Shown here piece after piece: positions 38,880 through 48,232 of a stretch of 64,000 nt of DNA (within the stretch, counting starts at the first letter, position 1; every line of letters begins with the position of its first letter). Below the pieces are notes generated by a model. The model saw nothing but the letters and a program-made list of their open reading frames with translations. It did not search any database and had not been told where the DNA came from. Where the stretch lies: contig OZ244650.1 of the NCBI GenBank assembly GCA_965218785.1, positions 736,001 to 800,000 of the forward strand. Direction: 5' to 3'. A program made the translations under genes and the position numbers. Source of the DNA: Nitrosopumilus sp. (lineage in GTDB: Archaea > Thermoproteota > Nitrososphaeria > Nitrososphaerales > Nitrosopumilaceae).

Positions 38880-41372
38880 GTGGATGTTACTCCGATTAAT
38901 TATGACCTGGTCTTCAAGCCAGATCTCAAGGGATTCACGTTTGAGGGAACCGAATCTGTTTTGGCAAACTGCAAAAAGTCCACCAATAAGATAACGATGA
39001 ACTGTGCCGAACTTGAAATAAAATCATGCCAGGTGACCTCTCGTAATACAATCATCAAATCCACCCATAAAACAAACGAAAAGAAGGAAGAATTGGAAAT
39101 CACGCTGGGTGAAAAAATCAGGGGCAGAATCATCATACATCTGGAATTTCAGGGAATCCTAAATGACAGACTGCTTGGATTTTACCGCAGCCAGTACAAG
39201 CAGGGTAAAAAAACAAAATATCTTGCCACGACGCAGTTTGAAGCAGCAGATGCAAGACGGGCGTTTCCTTGCTGGGACGAACCAGCGGCGAAAGCAACGT
39301 TTGTAATTTCAATAATTGCCGATAACAAGTTTACTGCCATCTCCAACATGCCAGTCCAATCAAAGAAAAAAACTGGAAACAAAACAACCTACAAATTCAG
39401 AAAAACCCCGATCGTCTCAACGTACCTGATCTATCTTGGTGTCGGCGAATTTGAATATCTTACCGGAAAGATAGGTAAAACACAGATTAGGGTTGTAACA
39501 ACGAAGGGAAATAAATCCAAGGGCCGATTCTCACTGGAACTTGGAAAAAAACTTCTTGCATCATATGAAAAATATTTCGGAATAAGATACCCGCTGCCAA
39601 AGCTTGACCTGATTGCGGTTCCTGATTTTGCGGCAGGCGCCATGGAGAACTGGGGTGCGATAACTTTCAGGGAGACAATCCTGCTTTATGATCCAAAAAC
39701 GTCTTCTACTAGGACCAAGCAGTTCATAGCCGAAGTAATCTCACATGAAATAGCACATCAGTGGTTTGGAAATCTGGTTACCATGAAGTGGTGGAATGAC
39801 CTGTGGTTAAATGAAAGCTTTGCAACTTTTATGGCGACTAAATTCGTTGACAAATTCTATCCCCAATGGGATCTGTGGAACCAGTTCGTCGATGATGCGA
39901 TGAATACTGCAATGGGACTTGATTCCTTAAAGACGACCCATCCAATCGACGTCAAGGTAAACTCTCCTGCGGAAATCAGGGAAATCTTTGATGCAATCTC
40001 ATATGACAAGGGGGGATGCGTGCTAAGGATGCTTGAACACTATGTGGGCGAGCCTAACTTTAGAAGGGGCCTGAAAAAATACCTATCTGATTTCAAATAC
40101 GGCAATGCCCAGGGATCTGACTTGTGGAATGCCATCGGCAAGGCATCAAAAATGCCTGTCACATCCATGATAAACACGTGGCTCAAACAACCCGGGTTCC
40201 CGCTAGTTGAGATTCATCAGGATGGCAGCACGCTAAAACTTGAACAAAAAAGATACCTGCATGAACCTGATAAGAAATTCAGCAGGGGGCTGTGGTCCAT
40301 ACCGCTGTCACTGGGTCTGGAAAACGAGATTTATAAAAAATTATTCTCCAAAAAGTCAATGTCTGTAAAACTGCCAAAAAACACGGTGGGCTTTGTTGCA
40401 AACTATGGCAGAAAGGGATTCTACCGTGTAAAATATGATCAGGGAATCCTGCTTGATCTAAAGATGCTAGTGGATCAAAAACGCATTCAGGCCATTGACA
40501 GATGGGCAGTACAAAACGACCTGTTCTCCCTCTGTCTTTCCGGGGATGAAAAAGTCAGGACGTATCTTGATTTTTCAGACGCGTATTTTGATGAGGATAG
40601 TTATCTTGCATCAGTCAACGTGGCACATAATTTGACTTCGCTGTATTTTCGTGCCTTTAATGAGGAATTCGTCGGTGAGATCCGCGATTATGCGGTAAAT
40701 TATCTTGGAAGAATTTTATCTGACCTGGGATGGGAGCCTAAAAAATCAGACAAGCACACTGATGCGTTACTGCGCTCCTTTGTAATCGCTGCATTGGGAA
40801 GGATGGATGACGAGGCAGTCACCGCGAAGGCGCTCCGCCTATATTCCAAATTCTTAAAATCCCCCAATTCCCTGTCACCTGACCTGGTAGAGCCGATCTG
40901 CTCAATTGCAGCATGGAATGGCAATGCCAGAACACATTCCGAGTTGAGCAGACTGTACAAAAATGCAAAAACCATGGAGGAAAAACTTCGTTTTCTGGGA
41001 GCCATGTGCGGATTTAAAGACAAAAAACTCCTCATAAAATCACTGGACTTTTCTCGGACTCCTGATGTCCGTTCACAAAACATGCAACTGCCGATAATGA
41101 GAGTTGCCGCAAATCCTTATGGTAAGAAAATATTGTGGCCGTGGTTAAAGAAGAATTGGAAGAGACTAAACGGCAAAGTCGGACATGGAAACCCGCTGTT
41201 TAACAGGATCGTAGCGAGCATATCTCTGGTATCTGATGACTCCATGGAAAAAGAGATCAAGGAATTCTTCAAAAGCAATCCCACCCCTGGAACAGAACGC
41301 ACCCAGACCCAAACCCTTGAGCGAATACGAATAAATTCAAGACTGCTTAGATCCATGAGAAAAGAGTTCTGA
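38880..41372 (+). CDS. pepN: M1-family aminopeptidase
   Basis: ARRAFPCWDEP, GAMENWG, HEIAHQW...LNE, YDKG. Confidence 0.96.
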   Translation: MDVTPINYDLVFKPDLKGFTFEGTESVLANCKKSTNKITMNCAELEIKSCQVTSRNTIIKSTHKTNEKKEELEITLGEKIRGRIIIHLEFQGILNDRLLGFYRSQYKQGKKTKYLATTQFEAADARRAFPCWDEPAAKATFVISIIADNKFTAISNMPVQSKKKTGNKTTYKFRKTPIVSTYLIYLGVGEFEYLTGKIGKTQIRVVTTKGNKSKGRFSLELGKKLLASYEKYFGIRYPLPKLDLIAVPDFAAGAMENWGAITFRETILLYDPKTSSTRTKQFIAEVISHEIAHQWFGNLVTMKWWNDLWLNESFATFMATKFVDKFYPQWDLWNQFVDDAMNTAMGLDSLKTTHPIDVKVNSPAEIREIFDAISYDKGGCVLRMLEHYVGEPNFRRGLKKYLSDFKYGNAQGSDLWNAIGKASKMPVTSMINTWLKQPGFPLVEIHQDGSTLKLEQKRYLHEPDKKFSRGLWSIPLSLGLENEIYKKLFSKKSMSVKLPKNTVGFVANYGRKGFYRVKYDQGILLDLKMLVDQKRIQAIDRWAVQNDLFSLCLSGDEKVRTYLDFSDAYFDEDSYLASVNVAHNLTSLYFRAFNEEFVGEIRDYAVNYLGRILSDLGWEPKKSDKHTDALLRSFVIAALGRMDDEAVTAKALRLYSKFLKSPNSLSPDLVEPICSIAAWNGNARTHSELSRLYKNAKTMEEKLRFLGAMCGFKDKKLLIKSLDFSRTPDVRSQNMQLPIMRVAANPYGKKILWPWLKKNWKRLNGKVGHGNPLFNRIVASISLVSDDSMEKEIKEFFKSNPTPGTERTQTQTLERIRINSRLLRSMRKEF

Positions 41373-41373
41373 T

Positions 41374-41778
41374 ATGGCTAGAAGATTTACCGCCCCGATC
41401 TTTCTTGGACTAATCACCGTTCTTGCGCTGGTTTTTCTGACTAGTGGAACTGCCGACAAGGATGTTCTTCGTCAAACGTTTCAAGTCGAGGCAGTCTACC
41501 ATGATTCTGGAAATGTCGAGATCTCATATCTGGACAAGTCAGGTAAAACGGATTCTGTTGTTTTGGAAGTTCTTGGAATGGCAGAATCCTATCAAAAAAC
41601 GTTTTCTGGTTCCGAGTTTGTAGAAACGGTGCCATTTCCAACCCAATCAAAATTTGGCTGGTCTGTCAATCCTGTGGTTTTTGAAATTGAACATGAAGAA
41701 CTAGGCCACATTCAACTAAAAACCGAAATTCATTCCCCTGATGAACCCGCCCCACGTGTGATCTATTCCCGGCCATAG
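41374..41778 (+). CDS. Secreted/membrane-anchored hypothetical protein
   Basis: N-terminal TM segment; starts 1 nt after the pepN stop. Confidence 0.75.
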   Translation: MARRFTAPIFLGLITVLALVFLTSGTADKDVLRQTFQVEAVYHDSGNVEISYLDKSGKTDSVVLEVLGMAESYQKTFSGSEFVETVPFPTQSKFGWSVNPVVFEIEHEELGHIQLKTEIHSPDEPAPRVIYSRP

Positions 41779-41821
41779 ACCAGAACACAAGATTTTATTG
41801 CACCTCTAAAACATCACAGTT

Positions 41822-42739
41822 ATGGGCTTGCTTGAGGATCTCAAAAAGGGAAAACGCGGGGCGATTGCAAAGGCGATAACCATAATTGAAAATGATCCAC
41901 GGGAGGCAAAAAAGATACTAGGGAAGATCTTCCCGCACACTGGAAACTCCATTGTTATTGGCATTACCGGTCCTGCCGGCGCCGGAAAAAGCTCCCTTAT
42001 TGACAAAACCACCATCATTTTGAAGAAACTTGGTACAAAGCCTGCTGTCTTGGCAGTTGATCCTACCAGTCATGTTACCGGCGGTGCCATACTAGGTGAC
42101 AGGGTTCGAATGACTGATTCTACGGATTCAGGAACATACATCCGAAGTATCGCATCAAGGGGGGCTACTGGTGCAATATCTAATTCGCTGCGAAACAGCA
42201 TTCGCATCCTGGAATATTCCGGATTCAATCCGATTATTATTGAAAGTGTCGGGGCAGGACAGACTGAAATTGATATTTCAAATATTGCAGACATTACAGT
42301 GGTGGTCTTTAATCCTAATACGGGTGATAGCATACAGACGATCAAGGCAGGTCTGACGGAAATTGGAGATATTTACATTATAAACAAGAGTGACCTTGCT
42401 GGAACAAACCAACTCTTTGATGCCGTAATGAGCTTTATTGGAGATTCACAACGAAAACCTGCAATCCTCAAGACGTCTGTAAAAAAGAATACCGGAATTA
42501 CGGTATTTGCAAAAACACTCAAGGAAATGATGAAATCCAAAAATAAAACCAAAAAGGAGAGAGATCATCAGCGCCTAGAGGCAGAACTAAAGGATATTGT
42601 TTTAAATAACATCCAAAAAAAGATTGATGACATGTCTGACTCTGATAAACTATTCTCAAGGTATCTCAAAAAACTGCAGTTAAAAAGTATCAATCCGTTT
42701 GAAGCCGGAGATAAAATTACAAAATCCCTGTTAAAGTGA
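41822..42739 (+). CDS. meaB: Methylmalonyl-CoA mutase-associated GTPase
   Basis: GPAGAGKS, VDPTS...GAILGDR, ESVGAGQ, NKSD. Confidence 0.96.
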   Translation: MGLLEDLKKGKRGAIAKAITIIENDPREAKKILGKIFPHTGNSIVIGITGPAGAGKSSLIDKTTIILKKLGTKPAVLAVDPTSHVTGGAILGDRVRMTDSTDSGTYIRSIASRGATGAISNSLRNSIRILEYSGFNPIIIESVGAGQTEIDISNIADITVVVFNPNTGDSIQTIKAGLTEIGDIYIINKSDLAGTNQLFDAVMSFIGDSQRKPAILKTSVKKNTGITVFAKTLKEMMKSKNKTKKERDHQRLEAELKDIVLNNIQKKIDDMSDSDKLFSRYLKKLQLKSINPFEAGDKITKSLLK

Positions 42740-44340
42740 AAATCATGGCCGCAAAAAAATCAAAACAACCTGAAAAAAAGTTTTTTACAGATTCAAACTT
42801 TTCAGTAAAGCGCATCTATCAAAAATCCTCCAAAAAAAGACCTGCTGAGGATGCGGGAACATACCCGTTTACTAGAGGAATCCATCCTGGAATGTTTCGT
42901 GACAGGTTCTGGACCATGCGACAGTACTCCGGATTTGGAGATGCCAAACTAACTAATGGGAGATTCAAATTCATGCTTGAAAAGGGACAAACAGGTCTTA
43001 GCATGGCCTTTGATCTGCCAACACAGATAGGGTACGACTCTGATTCCCCACAGGCCGAAGGCGAGGTGGGAAAAGTCGGGGTCTCTATAACATCAATCAA
43101 GGATATGATGACTGCCTTTGATGGCATTCCACTGGGCAAGGTCAGCTCATCGATGACTATCAACTCCACTGCATCTACACTGCTTGCATATTACATCGCA
43201 GTCGGCGAATCACAGGGATTCAAAAGCGTCCAGCTTCGCGGAACAACGCAGAATGACATTCTAAAGGAGTACATTGCAAGAAACACCTACATTTATCCGC
43301 CGCAGCCATCAATGCGGTTGATCGGTGATATGATAGAGTACTGTGCAGATAAAGTCCCCTCCTGGTATCCCGTATCAATCTCAGGATACCACATGAGGGA
43401 GGCCGGCTGTACTGCAACCCAGGAAGTGGCATTCACACTGGCAAATGCCATTGCATACATTCAGACCTGCCTGGATAAGGGGCTGAAGATTGACGACTTT
43501 GCACCACGTCTGTCATTTTTCTTTTGCTGCACCATAGAATTCTTTGAAGAGGTTGCAAAGTTCAGGGTTGCAAGAAAAGTCTATGCGAAAATCCTCAAGG
43601 ACATGTTTCATGCAAAAAATCCGCGCTCATTACAATTGAAATTCCACACTCAAACCAGCGGCGAGTCGCTGACTGCACAGCAGCCTGACAACAATATCGT
43701 GCGCGTCGCAATCCAGACAATGGCCGCAGTAGCCGGCGGTACCCAGTCACTGCATACGAATTCCAGGGATGAGGCACTGGCACTTCCCACACAGGAATCT
43801 GCCAAAATTGCGCTCAGAACACAGCAGATCGTCGCCCATGAGAGTGGCATTACAAAGACTGCAGATCCGATGGCAGGCTCTTACTATCTTGAGGAATTAT
43901 CTGATCAAATCGAGGACGGCGTGTGGAAGTATCTTAAAAAAATCCAGAAAATGGGCGGTTCTGTCAGGGCAATCGAGAAGGGATTCTTCCAGTCAGAGAT
44001 AAGGCAGAATGCCTACCGTCTGAAGAAGGAAGCAGACGATGGCAAGCGGATTCTTGTCGGTGTAAACAAGTACCATGATGAGGATGAGAAACAGCCTGAC
44101 CTGCTTAGAATCGGCGGCAAGGTTGAAACCCAGCAAAGAAAGGCACTCAAGGCATTGCGCTCATCTAGGGACAAGAAGAAATGGGAAAAGGCGTTATCTG
44201 CAATGCAGGCCGTAGCTGATACTGATGAAAACCTCATGCCGTACATAGTTACTGCCGCAAAAGCGTTTGCCACCACCGGTGAAATCAGCGATACCTTCAG
44301 GGAGGTCTTTGGGGTGTATCATCCAAAGGAGGTCTTTTAA
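42736..44340 (+). CDS. Methylmalonyl-CoA mutase large subunit
   Basis: YPFTRG, WTMRQYSGFG, QNDILKEY, SISGYH, QSLHTN. Confidence 0.97.
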   Translation: MKIMAAKKSKQPEKKFFTDSNFSVKRIYQKSSKKRPAEDAGTYPFTRGIHPGMFRDRFWTMRQYSGFGDAKLTNGRFKFMLEKGQTGLSMAFDLPTQIGYDSDSPQAEGEVGKVGVSITSIKDMMTAFDGIPLGKVSSSMTINSTASTLLAYYIAVGESQGFKSVQLRGTTQNDILKEYIARNTYIYPPQPSMRLIGDMIEYCADKVPSWYPVSISGYHMREAGCTATQEVAFTLANAIAYIQTCLDKGLKIDDFAPRLSFFFCCTIEFFEEVAKFRVARKVYAKILKDMFHAKNPRSLQLKFHTQTSGESLTAQQPDNNIVRVAIQTMAAVAGGTQSLHTNSRDEALALPTQESAKIALRTQQIVAHESGITKTADPMAGSYYLEELSDQIEDGVWKYLKKIQKMGGSVRAIEKGFFQSEIRQNAYRLKKEADDGKRILVGVNKYHDEDEKQPDLLRIGGKVETQQRKALKALRSSRDKKKWEKALSAMQAVADTDENLMPYIVTAAKAFATTGEISDTFREVFGVYHPKEVF

Positions 44341-44608
44341 CTGGATACTTTTTTTATTGCTTTAGTTGGATGGATGGTTTGAGCAAATCAAGCTGTCTGT
44401 TCTCTTGAACTTGGACATACCATTACACTTTATTCCCATTCTAAATAGAATCATTCTGAATTAGCATCTTTATCAAGAGTCGATCTGACCTTTGATAACT
44501 TGACATGTCCACACCCATCAAAAACCGGCATGAAAAAACACTTCCTACAAGCTAACATAACTCTCTGCATAATATTGAATAACCATTAACTTCAACTCAA
44601 AGACAGCC

Positions 44609-45346
44609 TTGATCAGAATTAACAAAGAATCTGACATTACCATTCTCAATGCATCTGTTACTGATTTTGCAGATTCCCTGGGATACTGTGAATACAAAAT
44701 CCCTTTATCCATTGAGGGCATTAAACCGGTGCCTACTGAGGCACTGATTTCAGGTGCAAGGGCCCACCATGAGGAGGAAAAATTTGAGGCAGAACACGCA
44801 GAATTAGTGCCAGTCTCAGTTGAGCAAATTGAGGATAGGAAGGAAGACATTGAGTTTGCCAGGGAGAACATCTACTCTACTTTGATCATACCTTTTGAGT
44901 TTCCATCTGAGAACGTGTTGCTGAGACTCTCAGGGAGAATTGATAAAATCCTGCGAGTTGATGGGACTCTAATAGTCCAAGATGACAAGTTTGCAGGCAG
45001 GCCGCAAAACTATGATTCCAAGACCCAGCCATATCCGGGCCAACTGCTACAGGTTCTGGCCTATCTGAACTCTAGTTTTTCAGAAAAAAGAAGTGCAAAC
45101 CCCGATGATTTTTTTGACATGCCTCACAGCCAAAAAAAATGGAAGATTAGAATCTGCGATAGAAAGACTCGGGAGCCATACAAGGTATTCTCAGAACTAC
45201 AGGATTCATTTTCACTACATTACCTCCACACATCACTGGAAAAATTTGCCACTATCTCATTGGGTATTACAAAGCCGGAGCATCATAACAACTCAAACAA
45301 ATGTAATGCCTGTAATTTGAAATCATTTTGTGATTACAGATTATAA
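44609..45346 (+). CDS. Solo Cas4-like PD-(D/E)XK nuclease
   Basis: GYCEY (Cys1), G...H, GRIDKI...QDDK, QVLAY, C-terminal CNACNLKSFC (Cys2-4), the Cas4/AddB Fe-S staple layout. Confidence 0.82.
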   Translation: MIRINKESDITILNASVTDFADSLGYCEYKIPLSIEGIKPVPTEALISGARAHHEEEKFEAEHAELVPVSVEQIEDRKEDIEFARENIYSTLIIPFEFPSENVLLRLSGRIDKILRVDGTLIVQDDKFAGRPQNYDSKTQPYPGQLLQVLAYLNSSFSEKRSANPDDFFDMPHSQKKWKIRICDRKTREPYKVFSELQDSFSLHYLHTSLEKFATISLGITKPEHHNNSNKCNACNLKSFCDYRL

Positions 45347-45586
45347 AACACTATGATCCAACTCATCTAATGGACATGCATGGATTTTGTGTTTTCAAGA
45401 ACCGCATTATGATTGCCACATTTGTGGAATTTCAGATAACAGTTGATGATCATAATTTTGTAGAGTACAAATAACAAAATGATCCTTTCTAATAAAATTA
45501 AGAATTGGTGTGTGTATGGGATGTTTTTAATTGGTAAAAGTACTTTTGATAGCATTGTTTTAATACAATACATCAAGATTGTAAAT

Positions 45587-45793
45587 ATGAAAGGATGGTT
45601 GCCATTGCTGGCAATACCTGTAGTTATGATTGCATTATTTGTGCCCTTTGAAGAATGTCGAGATGATGAAGATAAACCCACAATTTGGAGTCAGATTGCA
45701 TGTCCGGGATGGAGTTCAGGTGATAAAGCGTGTTTGGAGATGGGTTTTATGACTATTTGTGAAACAAAATCATTATTTGAATTAATAAAATAA
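45587..45793 (+). CDS. Small membrane-anchored Cys-containing protein (68 aa)
   Basis: MKGWLPLLAIPVVMIALFVP TM segment followed by four Cys. Confidence 0.6.
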   Translation: MKGWLPLLAIPVVMIALFVPFEECRDDEDKPTIWSQIACPGWSSGDKACLEMGFMTICETKSLFELIK

Positions 45794-45905
45794 AAAAGGG
45801 TTTAACGATGTCCAACTCTTCTAATGTTTTCTCAAGGTAGAATCCATCAACAAAAATTATTTAGAACCCTAGAGTGATTGCAACAAACACACACCCCCTG
45901 AAATC

Positions 45906-46190
45906 CTATCTTAATCTCCTAAACCCCTTGATTCCTAATCTGACGAAATTATCATCAATTCCAAACCTCTCAAAGATCCGTCTCAAAAAGTAACTTCTAG
46001 CAAAAGAAACAGTGGCATAAACAAATGTAATTGCCAAGTTTGCGACAAGCGGATCTTCCTGAATCCATCCCAGTGACAGGGGTAAAATCACAATTCCCAG
46101 ACCATATCCCACCGGATATCCGCCAAATGAATTGACAAATGCTTCAGACAAACTCTTTTTGTGGGAATCAACTGCCGCCTGATTTGACAT
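45906..46190 (-). CDS. Small two-TM membrane protein (phage-like)
   Basis: SHKKSLSEAFVN...YATVSFARSYFLRRIFE resembles small phage membrane proteins; TAATG-coupled to the upstream ORF. Confidence 0.7.
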   Translation of the reverse strand: MSNQAAVDSHKKSLSEAFVNSFGGYPVGYGLGIVILPLSLGWIQEDPLVANLAITFVYATVSFARSYFLRRIFERFGIDDNFVRLGIKGFRRLR

Positions 46191-46483
46191 TATCTCATAT
46201 CCTCCATGACCTCATCTGAGAATGAATCCATTTTTGATGGGGCATCTCTATTCCTATTGAAACCGTTACTCCTCCCGTCATAACTGACATATTCCACTGC
46301 CCTCCAACTGCCATCTGAGTTGCAACACTTTTGGGAATACCTCCACACGATACACGATTCCTTGATAATCCATGCCAAATAATGCAAAACTATCAATCCC
46401 CAAGAAATTACGGGATTTACAAATTTTGACACCCTACAAAACATCCAAAACATGGCGGCGGTGATTTTTAACAGTGGAATCAT
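46190..46483 (-). CDS. Hypothetical protein
   Basis: 97 aa; start and stop both overlap neighbouring genes. Confidence 0.55.
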   Translation of the reverse strand: MIPLLKITAAMFWMFCRVSKFVNPVISWGLIVLHYLAWIIKESCIVWRYSQKCCNSDGSWRAVEYVSYDGRSNGFNRNRDAPSKMDSFSDEVMEDMR

Positions 46484-46770
46484 TGATCATAAACCTCCTC
46501 AATATTGAATCCCTGATCAAAATCAAAAGAATCTATCCTGTCTGACTCTTCGTTATGTTCTGCATTGCCCCATCTATGCTGACAGTCAATGCATTCCCAT
46601 TTCGGGTCATGATCAGTAACCATGCATCCACCCATGACGATCTCTTTTTTATCTAGCTGCTCCTTTATTGAATCCATATCCGTATACCCCCAAAAAATTT
46701 CTGCAACACTTGAACTTTTACAGTTGGGGCAGTTCAACTTTTTTTGCCCCGATACTCGTGCAAACAGCAT
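46480..46770 (-). CDS. Zn-ribbon protein
   Basis: CPNC...IFWGY...MGGC...PKWECIDC; alternative start TTG 46737 overlaps the upstream stop. Confidence 0.8.
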   Translation of the reverse strand: MLFARVSGQKKLNCPNCKSSSVAEIFWGYTDMDSIKEQLDKKEIVMGGCMVTDHDPKWECIDCQHRWGNAEHNEESDRIDSFDFDQGFNIEEVYDQ

Positions 46771-46922
46771 CCATTCTTTGATCGTTTCATCTTTTCTTCA
46801 ATGTGTGCTGGCAGTTGATCACCCTGTCTTTGAATCAGAGAATCCGCCCTTCTCTGATCTAAACCGTATAACATCTTTTGTACTGTCTGCTTAATACCTG
46901 TCCCGCTTTTACTGCAAGTCAT
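46734..46922 (-). CDS. Small hypothetical protein
   Basis: 62 aa; coupled to neighbours at both ends. Confidence 0.5.
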   Translation of the reverse strand: MTCSKSGTGIKQTVQKMLYGLDQRRADSLIQRQGDQLPAHIEEKMKRSKNGCCLHEYRGKKS

Positions 46923-47002
46923 TCAAATCTTTCCACATAAACTAGCGGTTCATCAGAATCCTCAAACTCTCGAATGATTCTAGGATACATTGCGGGTTTC
47001 AT
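46919..47002 (-). CDS. Candidate 27-aa microprotein
   Basis: MKPAMYPRIIREFEDSDEPLVYVERFE; starts 1 nt after the PIN stop; ATGA overlap with the next ORF. Confidence 0.45.
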   Translation of the reverse strand: MKPAMYPRIIREFEDSDEPLVYVERFE

Positions 47003-47003
47003 T

Positions 47004-47429
47004 TTAAATTCCCCTCACAGTTGATGGATGAAATCCGATGACTCCGATAAACTCACAGGTCTTTAGCAGCATCCTATCAAAAGTTATTAAAATGAAATTT
47101 TTTGCTTGACAGAGACTGAGAATTTTATTGTCCCCGTTATGGCATATCTGAAACTGCATACTGATATTTCTGGCATTTTCTTTTTCCTGTTTTTCAACTG
47201 TGATAGTCTCTATGCTGCGATTAAGCAGTTTTGCAACAGTTGAGATTATTTTCTGATGTGTAAAACCCCTGACTCTTTGCACCTCGTTTAATACCACATC
47301 GCAGAGGATTACTCTGATCTGTTTTCCCCTTAGACGGGTTTTGAGTTTATAGGCTATTTGCGGCTTTTCAATAATGTCTATTACTACGCATGAATCTAGT
47401 GTAATTTTTTGAATCTGTATCTGTTTCAT
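47004..47429 (-). CDS. PIN-domain (VapC-like) ribonuclease
   Basis: ITLDSCVVI, VVLNEV, GDNKIL, LITFD: four acidic catalytic positions present. Confidence 0.88.
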   Translation of the reverse strand: MKQIQIQKITLDSCVVIDIIEKPQIAYKLKTRLRGKQIRVILCDVVLNEVQRVRGFTHQKIISTVAKLLNRSIETITVEKQEKENARNISMQFQICHNGDNKILSLCQAKNFILITFDRMLLKTCEFIGVIGFHPSTVRGI

Positions 47430-47494
47430 GAATCGCCTTGATGGTGAGAATTATTATATATCATGACAATAGTAAACATACTGATCATACTGTT

Positions 47495-48232
47495 ATGTCT
47501 AAAATTCCCAATCTGCGCATCCATATTGCCCCTGTGGGATATGAGATAGATAGAATCGTACTCCCTGCAAAAAAGATGCGTGCAGACAAGGTGATCCTGC
47601 TGGTCCATGAGAACCCAAGCGAGGACAAGGCGACAAAATTCTATCAAAAGATTTCAGAGCAGCTAGAGGCACTGAACATCGAAGTTGTAATGGAGTACCA
47701 TGATAGAACCGCGTTATTTCAAATTATCAAAACCGTCAAAAATTTGATTTCGCAAGAGTCGGGGAATATAATCTCAGTTAATCTGGCATCTGGTTCCAAG
47801 GTTCAGGCAATAGGATGCATGATGGCATCAATGATGTTCAATGAGGATTCCAATGTAAATCCATTTTACGTGGAGGCAGAAGAGTATCTGGGATTTTCAG
47901 GCAAGGCAATGTCCAAGGGAATCAAGGAGATAGAATACATTCCAACATATGAGATTCAAAAGCCCCAGGAACGGCACATCCGGGCGTTGAAGATTATCGT
48001 AGATAATGATGGACGAATTTCTAAAAAAGAGATGGCAAAAAAGGCAGTGGAGCAAAAACTAATTGTAGTTAATGCTGAAAACCAGTCACAGGCCACATTT
48101 GCAAGTCTTGACAAAAACATCATCTCTGTGCTGGAGAACCAGTGGAGGTTTGTCAAAGTAAGTAAGATTGGACGGACTCGGTGGATTGAGATTACCAAAG
48201 AAGGAAGACACGCAGTGGAATTTCTAATCTAG
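47495..48232 (+). CDS. CARF-like (DUF6293/HFX_2341-type) sensor-HTH transcriptional regulator
   Basis: IHIAPVGYEIDRIVLP, ADKVILL, VNLASGSK, C-terminal wHTH (ISKKEMA...GRTRWIEITKEG). Confidence 0.85.
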   Translation: MSKIPNLRIHIAPVGYEIDRIVLPAKKMRADKVILLVHENPSEDKATKFYQKISEQLEALNIEVVMEYHDRTALFQIIKTVKNLISQESGNIISVNLASGSKVQAIGCMMASMMFNEDSNVNPFYVEAEEYLGFSGKAMSKGIKEIEYIPTYEIQKPQERHIRALKIIVDNDGRISKKEMAKKAVEQKLIVVNAENQSQATFASLDKNIISVLENQWRFVKVSKIGRTRWIEITKEGRHAVEFLI

